NCBI GenBank assembly: GCA_021613535.1
Contig: CP075493.1
Location: 11,842,001-11,906,000 of the forward strand
Direction: 5' to 3'
Length of the DNA stretch: 64,000 bases
From: Adineta vaga
Taxonomy: Eukaryota; Animalia; Rotifera
Shown piece by piece: positions 1 through 13,994 of the stretch; position 1 is the stretch's first letter, and every line of letters begins with the position of its first letter. A program made the position numbers and the translations under genes. The notes beneath the pieces were generated by a model, which saw nothing but the letters and a program-made list of their open reading frames with translations, did no database searches and had not been told where the DNA came from.

Positions 1-87
1 TTCTTGTGCTAATTCGATATAATTGATAGATGTAGAAAGTGGAGAGATTCTTACACTCCATTTATTACGTGAATCTTCAAATCCCAT
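1..87 (-). CDS. 5' end of a probable RRM-domain protein running off the window
   Basis: ATG at 87 opens MGFEDSRNKWSVRISPLSTSINYIELAQE to the window edge. It resembles an RNP2 strand plus helix like the third RRM of the divergent neighbour (YCIHIKGLPNNIDSEILSQNF). Confidence 0.4.
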   Translation of the reverse strand, partial: MGFEDSRNKWSVRISPLSTSINYIELAQE

Positions 88-785
88 TTTTGTTTTGTAG
101 TTTTAATAATGTCAGAAAAGATTTGTCTAGAATTAAAGAGAAATCTAAAAAAAAAATAGTTACAACATAAACTGGTGAAACAAAGAAAGTAAAACGCAAA
201 ATTTTACAGGGACAATATATTTTTCTTATTCTTACCTTAACGTTTATAGTATGACGATAGTGCAGAACGATAAAAAAATAGGCATGGTTATGGGTATTTT
301 TGTTTTTATTCACATTGCTCGCGAAAAAAGACATTCTCAGTTGATCTACACACCCACGCACAAAATTTACCGCAAAAACTTTTTCCCCAGTATTTTTAGT
401 CGCTCTAATACTCTCAAGTTCAAATCACCAGGATTTTCTCGTTATTTGTTGAAACGAAAGAGGCTACAACATTTCTATGTTCTTCGTTCTTCAATATAAA
501 ATCTACGAAAGACAGCGATATTTTTTTTTCATTCCATTTTGAGTCATTCTCTCTCTTTCTCGTCAAGCTTCCTTCTGTTACACTTCTGGGTATTTTTTGA
601 TAGATTGCCTATATAAAGAACTGGAAGAAAAACAATCAATTCATCTTTATTTTCTTTCGAGTAGAACATATGAAAAAAATACTTCTCAATGCATTGGGTG
701 TTTTAGTTTTGTGTTTCTTTTTAGTATTATAGATTGAAAAGTTTTATTTAAAATTAGAAACAGTGATCTGGTTAATATTTGCAAA

Positions 786-3700
786 ATGGCAACAAATGTA
801 AGTCGCATATATATATTTTAGAGAACATTGCCTAGAATTTATTTTCCGTTCATTTATAGCATATTGACGAATTCGATCTTAATCAACGTAGACGAAAAAT
901 CTTCATACAAAATCTAAATCCAAATACAACAAAACAATCATTAGAAAACTATTTTTCAGCCTATGATTTTGAATGGGTTGCTGTTCCAAAAAATGATAAA
1001 GGTACGATTTCAGAGTCTTTTGCTATATAGAAGAGAGTGTTGACGAAACATATTACAAAACTTCTTCTTTTTTTTCACAGGATACAATCAATTACATGGC
1101 ATTGTTACATTTAAAAATAAAGAAAGTGTTGATGCTGTTATGGCACAGCGCATCCATCGAATTGACGATAAAGAAGTTTTCATCCATCGATCCGTTCCTA
1201 AACAAGGATCAGCTAAGGATAGTTATGGAATCAAGAAGCTGATTGTTTCCACCCACAATAATCAATCATTATTGTGCGAAGCAGATATCGAAAATCATTT
1301 CTCATCATACGGTAAAATATGTGATATTGTTACGTACAATAGTGTTGAAAACACGTGGACCATCAATTTTGATTAGTAAGTAACTTGTGCGTGCCTGCCA
1401 AAGTGATTCAATTGATATTGTACTTTTTTCATAGTTATGATTCCGTAGATCGAATTTTATTGGATGCTCCACATCGTATTGGGAAAATCGATGTGTATGT
1501 AAAGAAAGGTGATCGAACGATGACACGTAAACGATCACCCACACCAGGACGATCAGTAATACATGATAATAATAATACATTAGTAATGCCAAAGAAACCT
1601 GCCATGAAACAAGTAACAATAAGTATGCTTCTTTTTCATTTTCTTCAATGATTATATTTTCTCGATTTTCGATTTAGATAGTGAAGTTTCTTGTTTTAAA
1701 CTACCTAAAACGAGATACTGTATACATATAAAAGGTTTACCAAATAATATCGACTCCGAGATTTTATCACAAAACTTCGATTGGGATATCTGTGATTTAC
1801 TCATGGATACTTTATTCGAAGATGGAACTTCACAAACTCAATGTTGGCTGAAGAATGCTAATGATGAAAAAGAAGTGGACGATTTTATCAAGAGATGGAA
1901 CGAGAAAAAAATTGATGGATTAGTCATTCATTGTGAAAAAGAAGAAGATGAATTAGAATTATGTAATAAATTTCAATATGGTCGATGTGGAAAAAATGAT
2001 GATTATTGCCATTGGGAACATATAACATGTACGGCAAATGGTAATTGTGCATCGACATGTCCTTATGGTCATCCATCGGGAATGAAGTCTGAAAATAGAT
2101 CATTGATAGGTGAGTCTATTTTACAAGATTCAAAAGAATAATCTATAGTCTTCTTGGTCGTTTAGATATAAAACCAATAAATAGTTATTATCGAATTAAA
2201 ATGACGGGATTCAAGACAGAAATTACACCAAATTATCTTACTCAAAAGTTTGGTCCATACAATTATTATATCGATCGTAGACATGATCGCATTGGTTATA
2301 TAGTGAAAATTAGAACAATGAAATATGCCAAGCAATTAATGACCAAATGGCATAATAAACCAAGTGATGGTCAAACAATTAAATGTCAGCTAGAACTTAA
2401 TCCAAAATCGGCTGATCATAGCAATCATACTCGATCACGGCCAGCTTCGATCAATGGTGATGACAAAAGTCATGGATCTCAAACTCGTCTATATGATGCC
2501 TATAGTCTTCGCAGTAGTGACGAAACGTCTAGATTTGCAGATACAGATGATACTACCTTATCAACAGTTGACAATCGAGAAATAGATAGAGATCGACTCA
2601 TATCTGGCAGAGCTTTGCGTGATATTGCATCATCACTCACAAGTAAATGTAAGTATTTATATACAGTTATTATAGTTGAAACCGGACTATCGAGTATTTT
2701 CTTGTTGTTTAGATCCATTACCAAGTGATGTACCAGTAAATCAATGGGAAGTGACAAAAAAAGCACCGAATAGCGATGAAAAAGTCTTGTTAATACGGAA
2801 TATAACAGATCGAAAACGTCTTGCCGTGATCAAAATCTATTCAAGACCACAAATTCTGCTGATATCCATCGAGAACTAATTGTAATGAAAAAGCTCAAAG
2901 GTAAGAAGACTTCAAAATACAAATAGCATGAATTCACTATATTCTATTGTAGATGTGAAAAGTGTCAGCCATTTATTATTGAACCACAAAATTTATCAAA
3001 TAATCTTACTCAACAACGTATAAATAATGACAAACTATGGATAATCATGGAACGAGCACCTGGTTGTTCATTGAAAGAATTTATAGAACGAACTAGAAAT
3101 GATCTTGATATATCTATGAACATTCAACTGACTCTGAAGTTAACTGACATCCTTCGAGATGTCCATAAGAAAGGTATCTTTCATCAGAATTTATCACCTG
3201 ATAATATTATGATTGAATGGAATTTAAAATCTTCCATTGATGATGCTCAAATAACTGTAATCAATTTTAATCAAGCGGTGCTCGTATCGGATGGAGCATA
3301 TACCTCAACAACAACAACATCAACAGAAAAATGGTACAATGCATCACAATCAACTCATAAAGCATTCACTACAACAATTGATGCATCAAGTATTTGTGCT
3401 ATTCTGTACTGGTTATTGACTCAAATCAATCCTCGACATGACAATGGTGTACTTCCTCATCAACATACTCGTGATCAACTCGATCGAATTATTTCTCATG
3501 TTGCTAAATCCATCAGTATGTTATTTACATTCATAATTTTATCAATTGATATTTATATAATATGTTTGTGTGTGATTTAGATATGACAGAAGCAATATCT
3601 CTTGAAGAACAACTAAAACGATACTTGATGAATACATTTGATCGTGCTTTTGGTTTTCCTTCTTACCATCCATGGACAATCGATGATCTCGAATGTCGTC

Positions 3701-4227
3701 TCAAGTCTATTCTTCAGTTACTAATACCAACTGAACCAAAATTGAATACAATTGAGAGTATTTTTCAAGAATTAGCTCTAATTTCCAATACATCATCATC
3801 TACCAATGTTGACAATATCTATCGAGATGTGTTTGAAAAAACATCAAAAGCATTTTGTCAAGCAAAACAATATTTCATTGATACTGAAGGCAATCAATAT
3901 GAATGGTCTGATGGACACTGTGGATGGATTTATCATCCACAAAGTTCAATAAATGAATGTTATAACGAAGATATACTCACTTATCATTCAATTCGAGGAA
4001 GAACAACTGTTTCGTATTCCATCATTGTCAAATGTTTAGCAAATTGTAGTGAAGAAGGTCGTATAATTACATTTTCAATGAGTAGTGATGTTAATGGTAG
4101 AACAATTGAAATACCTATTGGTGAATATTCTACAGCTCAAGATTATAATTCAAATGTAGAAGAAAATTTCGGACGTGAATTAAAGAATTTACTTTTAGCA
4201 GTTTACAAAGAACGCAAAGTAATATAA
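786..4227 (+). CDS. Multi-exon RRM x4 / CCCH zinc finger / pseudokinase fusion protein (one frameshift near 2840)
   Basis: Spliced via GT-AG introns (e.g. 798-859, 1002-1080). hnRNP A1-like RRM1 (KIFIQNL...GIVTFKNKESVDAVMAQRIHRID) and RRM2 (FDYYDSVDRILLDAPHRIG), two further RRM-like units, CCCH fingers (CNKFQYGRCGKNDDYCHWEH; CTANGNCASTCPYGH) and a kinase fold (LAVIKIY, HRELIVMKKLK, WIIMERAPGCSL, HQNLSPDNIMI). Confidence 0.8.
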
Positions 4228-4649
4228 TTTTAGTAAAGGAACTATAGCTATTTTTTAACGAAACTTACACTTCGAGAATTGTTTAACTATTTTTCTTGCC
4301 ATGTTATAATTAATCAAGAATAAAATATACAGAAAATATACTAATTCGTCGTTCAAATCAAAGGTATAAATCGGCAAGAATGAGAATGTCTCTCATCTTG
4401 TATGATCCAATAGTGGCATCTTTTTAGTAAATGATTTTAGTATTCATTAAGTAATCATCACAATTGTTGTTTTACTGTAAGAGATTTCTTTGCAGATATA
4501 CATTTTTAACTAATACCCCCATTGACATAAATTTATTGCCTACGAAAAAACTACAACAAAGCTAAACTACATATAAGTATTACAATAATTATAGCGCGTA
4601 TATATATCCAGTCCGTTACGAGATAGGACAAAATTCCTCTACTTAAAAC

Positions 4650-5555
4650 TTATTTCACTTGTGCTACGACAACATTTGTTCGTCGTCGAAGGTTTTTCTT
4701 AATCGATTTTTTCAATGGATCTGTAAGTCGATAGAGTGCAATCATGACCAATACCATCGATATATTAATAAATATATAAGCAATTCGAAGATAATATTTC
4801 GGTTCACGATTAAAAAATGCTAATATAATGAAAAAAGCATAGGGAAAACCATTAATAAATAAAATCATGACAAGTATAACAACTCGTTGAACCATTTGCA
4901 GTTGTTGCTGTGCACGATATAAAATATTAACTGATGCTGCTCGATGACTTATTTGTTTTACATATCGAACTAATTTAAAATAAAGTAATACAATAAACAT
5001 TATTGGAATTGTATAAGCATAAAGTATGGTATAAAGAACTGAAAATGACAAACGAAAATGTAATATACATATCTGATTATTTACATTGTAAATAATTTCA
5101 CCATTGAAAAGAAATACAAATGGATATATCATAGCGCATATCCATATGAAACAAATCAAAACTATTTGTGTTCGTATTGATTGAAAGAATACATATGCTG
5201 GATAAACGACAACTACATATCGATAAATAGATTGAAGTAAATACGAATAATTTAGGGCAGCATATGAAACAAATATAAGATAACCCCGAAAAACACACAA
5301 GGGATCTTGATATTCAATTTGTTGAAAATCATTGATTAACGTAAATGTACTTAAACTAAGTAGAGCTATAGCAGATAATAATGTAGCTGCACATGAATTA
5401 GCCACTAACACCATTGGAATTGTATGACATGCTTTATCCAGAATAATAAAGAATAGAAAAACTAATGAGATCAAGAGAACGAAACTTGTAAACATAACCA
5501 TTAAACTATCTAATGGAATAAACCATGTTTCAAACAATATTGCAGTTGAATTCAT
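4650..5555 (-). CDS. Class A (rhodopsin-like) 7TM GPCR, intronless
   Basis: Seven hydrophobic segments, TM3 Cys (DPLCVFRGY), DRY-like QSIYRY, and TM6 FxxxxxPY. Start taken as MNSTA. Confidence 0.85.
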   Translation of the reverse strand: MNSTAILFETWFIPLDSLMVMFTSFVLLISLVFLFFIILDKACHTIPMVLVANSCAATLLSAIALLSLSTFTLINDFQQIEYQDPLCVFRGYLIFVSYAALNYSYLLQSIYRYVVVVYPAYVFFQSIRTQIVLICFIWICAMIYPFVFLFNGEIIYNVNNQICILHFRLSFSVLYTILYAYTIPIMFIVLLYFKLVRYVKQISHRAASVNILYRAQQQLQMVQRVVILVMILFINGFPYAFFIILAFFNREPKYYLRIAYIFINISMVLVMIALYRLTDPLKKSIKKNLRRRTNVVVAQVK

Positions 5556-6189
5556 TTTGTGACAAATAAATTTCAAGTACGTTTCTTTAAATGTACTAAG
5601 TTTGTATCTATTGAGGAATCTTTATGTGATGACAATGAATAAACGAACTTTTTTTTTGTCTATCGAACTATATGAGATAAGAAAGAAGAAAGCACGATGT
5701 GTGTTCTCTCTTGTGTGAATGTATCTTGAATAATGAGTTTGTGGATGTATCAAGTAAAGATTTTATGAATTCAATATAATAAATCCTTTTCCAGTCATTA
5801 ATATTATATGGCAAGTCTCATTAAAATGTATTTATAGATGATTTGTGAATCGATATAAAACCTTCGTTTGAGTTTATTTATAGTCTTGATGACGGGCTCA
5901 GAACTATGAAGTTATTAATTGATAATTAATTACATCTAATTTAATTAAGAATTGAACCGAAATTCTGGGTTCCCACTAATTTTACTCTCATAAATATGTT
6001 GACTTCGCATCGTCTTGTATGTTAAAGAATAGACAAGTTCAAGTATTTATGTAAACAAGTGATTCATAAATTAGTGAGTGAACATTTAATTGCTATCATT
6101 TCATTGATTGAATACACTCTGATTTTGTTTGTATGATGCACAAATGAATATATGAAAAAGCAAAAGAAAAGATTTTTATTACACGAAAA

Positions 6190-7281
6190 TTAAGTTATCT
6201 CAGGTTGAGTAATACCTCTCGCAGTTACAATGGCGTTGCTGGCCGTATTACTTCCATTGTAATTTTCTATCCATAGCCAATACCGTCCTCCATTACAAAA
6301 ATGGCCTATCATCAATTTCAATTTTTTTCGAAATAGACGAGAAGCTAATGTGAATGAATAGAATGATAAACATGGACAAGTGAAGACTAAGTATTCCACC
6401 AATAAATGAAGCAAATACTTCGATTGATTTGCGTTCATTTGATTTATTCGCTACATCATTCATTGCTAATACACTACATATTAAATTAATTGCATACAGA
6501 TTTGTTGAACTCACACAGATAAATACTTGAATTAAAAGCATTGCTAGAACTTCTTGATCTTTTATTTGTCGTCGTCGTATTTGTATGGTAGCAGGAGTAA
6601 TAGTTCCTAATGGAGGAATCTGATGTTGTCGACGTATCTGCTTCATTTTAAGATTACGATAGATAAGTAGAGAAAATATCAGCATAAGTAAACGTGGTAC
6701 AAAACCAGCTAAGAGTATACCATAGATACTGTTGTAAAGTGCCATTATGTATTCCTGGAAATACACAGGTATTTTCCGAAATATTATAAAAGATCGGTAT
6801 GTGCAATGGTAAAATCAGCCAGATAAGAATAATTGACGGAATAATATATTTGCAAGCAATACTTACTTGACAGATCTTTCCAAAGTTGAGCATTCGTAGA
6901 GCAAAGAGCAAATCGATCAAAACATGTAGCCACAATTAAAAATCGTGACATTTGTTGAGAGATATTTAGTATACATAGTTTCGAGTTTTACAGTATACTA
7001 TAGTCGTAGTTAAAGGTTGTTCATAAACGTAAAGCAATGAGATAATACCAACATTGAGTGCTATCAAGTTCGTAAAAGCAGATGCCAAAAAATCTAAATT
7101 AATCTTTGATACTTTGGGTTTTTGTATTCTTATAGTTGTACTCACATATGTGGCAAGAAGTATTTCGTAAGGTTTTATGGGATAAAAGAAGAATGTTAAG
7201 AACATTACCAAAATCACCAAAGCGCGTGAATATTTGTTGAACTAACACTAACGTTGTAGTAAGCTCAGTCGATGTCGACAT
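6190..7281 (-). pseudogene. Fragmented class A GPCR pseudogene
   Basis: GPCR-like pieces (GDFGNVLNILLL, YCKTRNY, ACFDR, HIPIFY, MLLIQV) are spread over several frames with stops. Confidence 0.75.
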
Positions 7282-7954
7282 TTTTAAGTTTTATATCTTG
7301 GATGTGAAATAATAGTAAACAACATTTCCTAACTAAATATTTATAATATAACTCATGGATAATTCTTTTTGTGAGACCTTGTTTCTCATTAGCTGTTTTG
7401 TATCGAATTTGACATCAGAAGACACTGAATACTGTTTTTTCTCTTAAGACATCTAACAATGACATGCACTCGTAGTGCATGCATTAGATAACTTTCCTTC
7501 TTCTTACTGTATCTATTTCTTTATGACCCTCTTTATCTCTAATTAACAGAATATACTGGAAAAGCCTGTGAAGAAATACGGCTGGAATGATGATATTAGT
7601 CTCTGACTCGACTACAATTTGCGTATAGTAGATGAATGTCATCATTCTGTTAGATAATATTATTAAATGAAATACAAGTCGTATCTTATTTCTCGACGAC
7701 AAACAACACCTCTGATCTATTATAAATTCATGTATATTCAGAAGCATTTCGTTCATCATCACATCGGATATTGCGAATAGTTACTGTGTTGATTAGCGAT
7801 TACCGCATAGAACAACAACGAATTCAAAACTAAGAATGATTGTTCAATGAAATACTATATCTTGGTGGTGAGGATGCGCTTTACATGCTTAGTAGCATCT
7901 TAAACAATATATTTTGTCAATAATTATTAGTTCAAAGTACATATCAAGTTCTTT

Positions 7955-10900
7955 CTACCATGCGGTTTTTGCAGCAATACCGTGAGGAAATTTACGAATA
8001 CATAATTTTCTTAATTCATCAATAAGTAACCAGAGAATACCGAATCCAAATGTTGGTAGTACATATTTTACTGGTACAGGAGCAGTATCAAAAATCTGAT
8101 TGAACCAAGAGACTTGTGTGAGAATTAATTGAATGCCAGTAGATATAATTATGACACCTAAACCATACAAATTTTTACCTTTACCCCAAATAGGATTATG
8201 TTGCAGAATCGATGAATGTCGTGTTCGTGTAGCAAAGAAATTAAAAATTTGAAATATACATAACGATGAATAGTAAATCGATTGTGAAGTAATAATCATC
8301 GTATTCAATTGATCCGAACTAAAAGCTATAATAGGTTTGACACCAAAATCATCATAGGTAAACAGAAATGAATAGAATGGTACACCATTATCAATCCAAT
8401 AGTAACAATAGCAAAAGAATGCAGTAAAACATTCCATATTGCCAACGAAAAGATATGCATGAATTAGTAAATTCATATTGACTAAATGATCTTTTTTTCG
8501 ATTCGAAGGAGTTCGAGACATGATGTCTGTTTCAGCTTTTTCTGTTACTAGAGCAAGTGAAATAGTTAAATCTAAATGAATAGAATAGTAGTTCAATTTG
8601 AAAGAAAAACGATGTAAGCATACCATTTAACATGCAAAATACTATAGCTAGAAATGCTGAGAGAGGCAAAGGAATACCAAACCAAATATTAAAGATAACT
8701 GGCCAAAGTTCTGACCAAGTACCTAGTAAATTAAGAATCTTATATGATAATTCTCTAAATTTGAATTCATATTTACCTGCAGGTAATAAATAGATAACAA
8801 CTTTCTTTAAATTATCACGTAAGAGAGACCTGTTTCAATAGCTGAGATGATCGATGAAAAACGATTATCTAACAGAATCATATCACTCGCTTCTTTCGAA
8901 ACATTTGCACCTGATTGCATGGCAATACCAAGATCCGCACATTTGAGTGATGGAGCATCATTAGTTCCATCACCAATCACTGCTACTGTTTCTTCTCGTC
9001 GTTGAAATTCCATTATAATACGTAATTTTTGTTCGGGTGATGTTCGAGCAAAGATTAATTCCTCATGTGACAATACCCAACTCCACATAAAATCGTCCAT
9101 AGAATCGACCTGAAAACCAGTAACCTATTATAATAGATAACAAGCTGATTATCTAGAAATAAATCATTGAAAACTTACTACAATTGCATAAGGAATCGTC
9201 TTTTCTTCATCGTGTTTAAAACTCAATTTTGATTCACTAATCTGATTTTTACATGATAAGTACCATCGTTTATACCATGGTGGTTCGCTTACAGAGTCAT
9301 TTTTATCGATATTAAGTTCAATATGTTTCATCATGACTCTAGTTGCTCTACTTTCAGAAGTAATTGGTGTCGTTGTGCTAATCGTATGATGTTGTACAAG
9401 TGTTTCATTGCGATACAGTTGAAAAATCGTATGATTTCGGTCCTTTTGTTCAATTTTAAATGTATCGATACCATTTTTTTCCGAAATATCAGTTGATAAG
9501 ATATTTACTTGTTTACCAATGGCTTTAGCTGTAGTGGGATGATCACCCGTGATCATTGCTATACGAATATGAGCTCGACGAATTTTAAGAATGGAATCGG
9601 AAACGTCGATTCGAGGTGGATCCAATAATGAAAAAAAGCCAATAAAACAATAATTATTCGTTGGAAAACCATTGAAATCTTCATCGTTGGCAGTTCTCAA
9701 ACGCTGTCGTGCTTCATATTGTTGTAGCATTTGATCATATTGCATCTTTGTGAAATTCTGCTGACACATACCGATAACATGTAACCATGTTTACAGATAT
9801 TTCGTGACGTTGAAAAAGTTTCTCTTTTATTTGTATTGTTAATGGTAAAATTTGATTACTACTATTCTTATATGATGAGCAACGTTGAATAACATTTTCT
9901 GGTGCACCTTTCAATGTAATTAAAATCGTATTTTCATGAGCAGATGAAAATTGATTGCATGGTTCAAGTTGATTAGCCGAAATCATAAGCTTATTCGTCG
10001 AATTGAATGGTAATAATTTTAAACGTCTATTTAAACAACGTACTTCATTGATATCCATATGACATTGGTAAACGCAAAGATTGTACAGAGCTACATCGAC
10101 AGGATTACCGACCAGGCGTAATTCAGGACTTATTTTTGATACATCTTGATCTAGTCTAGTATCTTGCGCAAGATGTTTTTCAGCATCATTACATAGTGCA
10201 GCACCGAGTAGTAAATCATTGAATATTTGTATATTCGAATTACTATTTTGTTCATTACTAGAATTAGACAATGATTTTTCTACAGCTGGAACTATTCTTA
10301 TTGCCGCACGATGAATTCTTCGTGGTATTGTTACTTGTGTAAGTGGTTTCTCTTCAATGATTTTATATTCACCATCGATATCCCAAAGTATATTTGTCAC
10401 TACCATGTTATTCTCAGTTAATGTACCAGTCTTATCAGTCGCAATTACCGTGACAGAATTAAACTTTTCGATAGTTTGTAAACTTTTTGCTAATATATGC
10501 TGTTGATGTAGTTGTTTCGCCACTATTGTTAGTGCTATAGGGACAGAGAGAGAGAGAGAGAGAATATAAACCTTTTTCGAAACGTGTATGGTACTTACCG
10601 ATGGTAATAGCCGATGCTAAATTGAAAGGTAAGAAGCTAACAATTATTCCGACTGAATTTAAAACATTTCCCGTCAAAGTAATAAAAGTCGGATGAGCAT
10701 ATTGGAGCCATGCTGCCCACGTAATCCATAAAATGACAATACTGATAATAGCAGCCAAAACAATGAAGAGAACAAAACGATTGATTTCACGATCCAAGCC
10801 TGTAATCTCATTACCCGAACCATTTTGCGTTATTCTTGACATTTTACCCAAAACTGTATTTTCTCCAGTGGCAATGACCATTGCTTCCCCGGTACCTTGT

Positions 10901-11608
10901 TCAACAAATGATGAATGAAAACCGATATTGGTTGATTCCATCAAAGTTTGACTGCTGCATTCAACTGTAGGGGTAATAGGTTTTGATTCCCCAGTCATTT
11001 CAGATGTGTTAATCTACATAGATTCGTTAAATAGATGTTTAGAAAAGGTAAGAAAAAAGAAGTATACTTACTTTTAGTCCATCACAAATCAAAAACCGAC
11101 AATCAGCTGGTAAACGATCACCCATCTGTATCAAAATAATATCACCTGGAACAATGTGATCGACAGCAATTTGCTGTTCTATACCATCACGTCTAACAGT
11201 GCATATATTTGGTAGTAACTTCGAAAATGATGCAACAATCTTAATGGATTTCATTTTTTGATACACATTGAGAATTCCATTACAGATGATAACCAAAAAA
11301 ATAACAACACCTAAACCCAAATTTGTAATTGATGGCGTTGCTGCTCCAAGTGGTTTGTAAGCAATAATTGCAAGAATACCAGCAAGCCATAGAACCAAAT
11401 TGAAACTTGTAGTTAATTGTTTCAATAATAGTCGAAAGTGACCTGGTGCTTTAGGTGGTCTGATCACATTACTACCATAACGAGTTTTAGCTTTAAGTAC
11501 AAATTCAGTAGATAATCCAGTATGTTGATTTGTGTGAAAACGTTGAAAGAGAACATCTAACGGAATCTTGTGAACATCTGGATAAAGTTGCGATGTATCC
11601 ATGATCAT
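7955..11608 (-). CDS. P-type ATPase, type IIC (Na,K/H,K-ATPase alpha-like, fungal-type); disrupted by frameshifts near 9790 and 8827, possibly a pseudogene
   Basis: TGES, DKTGTLT, KGAPE, ITGDHPTTA, FARTSPEQK, GDGTNDAPSLK and YLLPAGTWSELWPV motifs. Several short GT-AG introns. Confidence 0.9.
10545..10563. repeat. (GA)n microsatellite in an ATPase intron
   Basis: agagagagagagagagaga run, forming a pyrimidine tract on the minus strand near the 3' splice site. Confidence 0.8.
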
Positions 11609-13994
11609 TATTTCTTAGTTCAAATACTCGTGCTGAGTCGTTTTATACGTTAACTCAGCAATGTGCAGTTTAATGATGATGATGACATTAAAGCTATAAA
11701 AAACGGTCATATGATCAAAGTCAGCTGAATAAAAATGGAATGTAATCCAGAAAATAATTAATAAAATAAGATCCTTAGATATATAATCCATCACATGAAT
11801 CTTTTATATTTAGAATCTATAGCATGTCTTGTGTTGTGATCAAGTGACTTATCAAGCTGATTAGTTGAGTTAATTACAAAGCATTCTTAAGTGAAAATCT
11901 GTTTCGAACATAGGCACGAATGATAAGAAAATGAGAAAAATTTAATTAATTTGACGTCAAAACCATCTAAATAAATTCTCATAATTAATAAATAGACGAA
12001 GAAAAAAATGATAAAGAAGATTCGTTTCGTTCAAATATATTCTATCTCATGAAACCTAACAAAGAAAAAAAACTTGTGATAAATAATTAGCTGAGACAGC
12101 AGTGTGCCATGTCATATAGGATAGAAAATCCAAGACTAATTGTATTGTCAGTTTTTGATTTGTTCCATGGAATTGATTGATAAATATGCTGTTTTATGTT
12201 TAAGAACACGATTAATAGAATGCTGTTGAACTATTGTGCTTCATAATGATTCAATTCGTTTCGTCGGATAACAAGTAATTAAACAACGAAATAATCGATA
12301 ACATGTTGACTATTTGGAAAGAAAATAAATATACCACAGTACATATGGCAGTATAGAGAAGGATTGAACTTATTGCAATCTATTGACTATGAAATATAAA
12401 TAAATGTTTTTCTATAGACGCCCATAATAATGGATATAATTATTGAGAGTACAATGTAATTTCGGATCAAAAAACAAATATATTTATATGATAAGATCAT
12501 AATTTGATGAAATTCAAAAAATTTTCTATTCAAATCGGAGAATTATTGATTCAATGAATCGATCCGAAGATAATCATTTAACATCGAATGACTACTAACT
12601 ATGATAAAATCTGTCAGGATGAGAGTGTCACTTAACAGAAAACACACATCCTCAAAAGTCGCACTCGTTGAATTATGATTTGGAAGTACGTCAGTGTCTT
12701 ATATGCCTATACAACTTATCCAAACATAGAGTTAGGATGCTTGGATTGTTCTAGAACAGATTATAACATTTGTTTATCAAGTGACCTTAAATTCGGAGCA
12801 TTCATCCTTTCTTCTCATATATTTTATCAACAATTATCGTCAAAATCAAAATGTTACGAGCGCGAGTTGGATAGAGCCTTCAATGCCTATCATATAATGA
12901 TCGATGTATGTGCTTTCAACTTGTTCTTATTTTCATGTAAGAAACGAAAAAATAAGACAATATTGCATCAGACCTTTTTCATATTGTTTTTGTCGATCAA
13001 TTGTGATGCACTTAAAATGTTAAGAACTATTGCGATATAGTATGAAACTCAGTACTGAATGATATATCTTATCAGATATCCTACATAAAAGTGACGCAAA
13101 CAATTTTTAAAAGATCATCTTGACCTTTTATAATAACGCATACTTCGAATTTAGGATCTATGTATAATTTATAATTCTTTCTGTAGGTAATGGAAAGAAT
13201 GTATTTTCTTCGTTTACTGTACTAGTTCAAGCATAAATTTTGTGTTCTGTATTTTGATTCCTTCGAGTTCGATCGTATATTTAACTGATAATTCTGATGA
13301 AGGTTTATCTCGAATCACTGTTTCAAGAAAGATTTCAGATGCGTAGAGATTGATATGATGGACGTGAAGAGTATTGGTGGAAAGTGTGGTTCATGTTGTA
13401 GTATGTATTGTGAAAATGATGTTTGCGCACGTTTTCCTGTTCTTGATAATCTTAAAGATCGTTTTAATTGTGAAAGATGCTCTTTAGTTTAGAAAAAAGC
13501 TAAATATGATCGTGATAATTATCGTTGTGACCTATCTAACTTTTACATCTTCATTTTTGTTGCGTAGCTAGCTTTATATCTCTATATTTTTTCACATTTG
13601 ATCACATGAATTCCGCACGAAGTTAACGATATAACTTTGTTCTCATTGAATATGTATTTATACGAGAGATAAAATACAGATGTCGCAAGTAAATAATACC
13701 CAACTAGTTTTCATTTTTTTTATTAATATTTTCTTATTCGATTGAAAGAAAAAACTGATTTTGTTAAGTTATCTCATCATTTAGTGAATAAGTAATTCAC
13801 ATCTCTTGAATTGAAAGCTTTTGATACCATTGGTCTACGCAATTTAACCATATGCGTGAGTGTGTCAACCTATGTGTCATGTAATTTCAACATTTCACTT
13901 CAACAATTTATAAACTGAAAAGCATGGCGTTCTCTGCAGTTGTTGTTGTTCTTCTTTTATTTGAAGTTGCATCACAAGAAAGTAAGACTGAAAT

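Noticed and set aside
12675-13040. 121-aa ORF
   Set aside because: No motif or domain similarity; likely a chance ORF.
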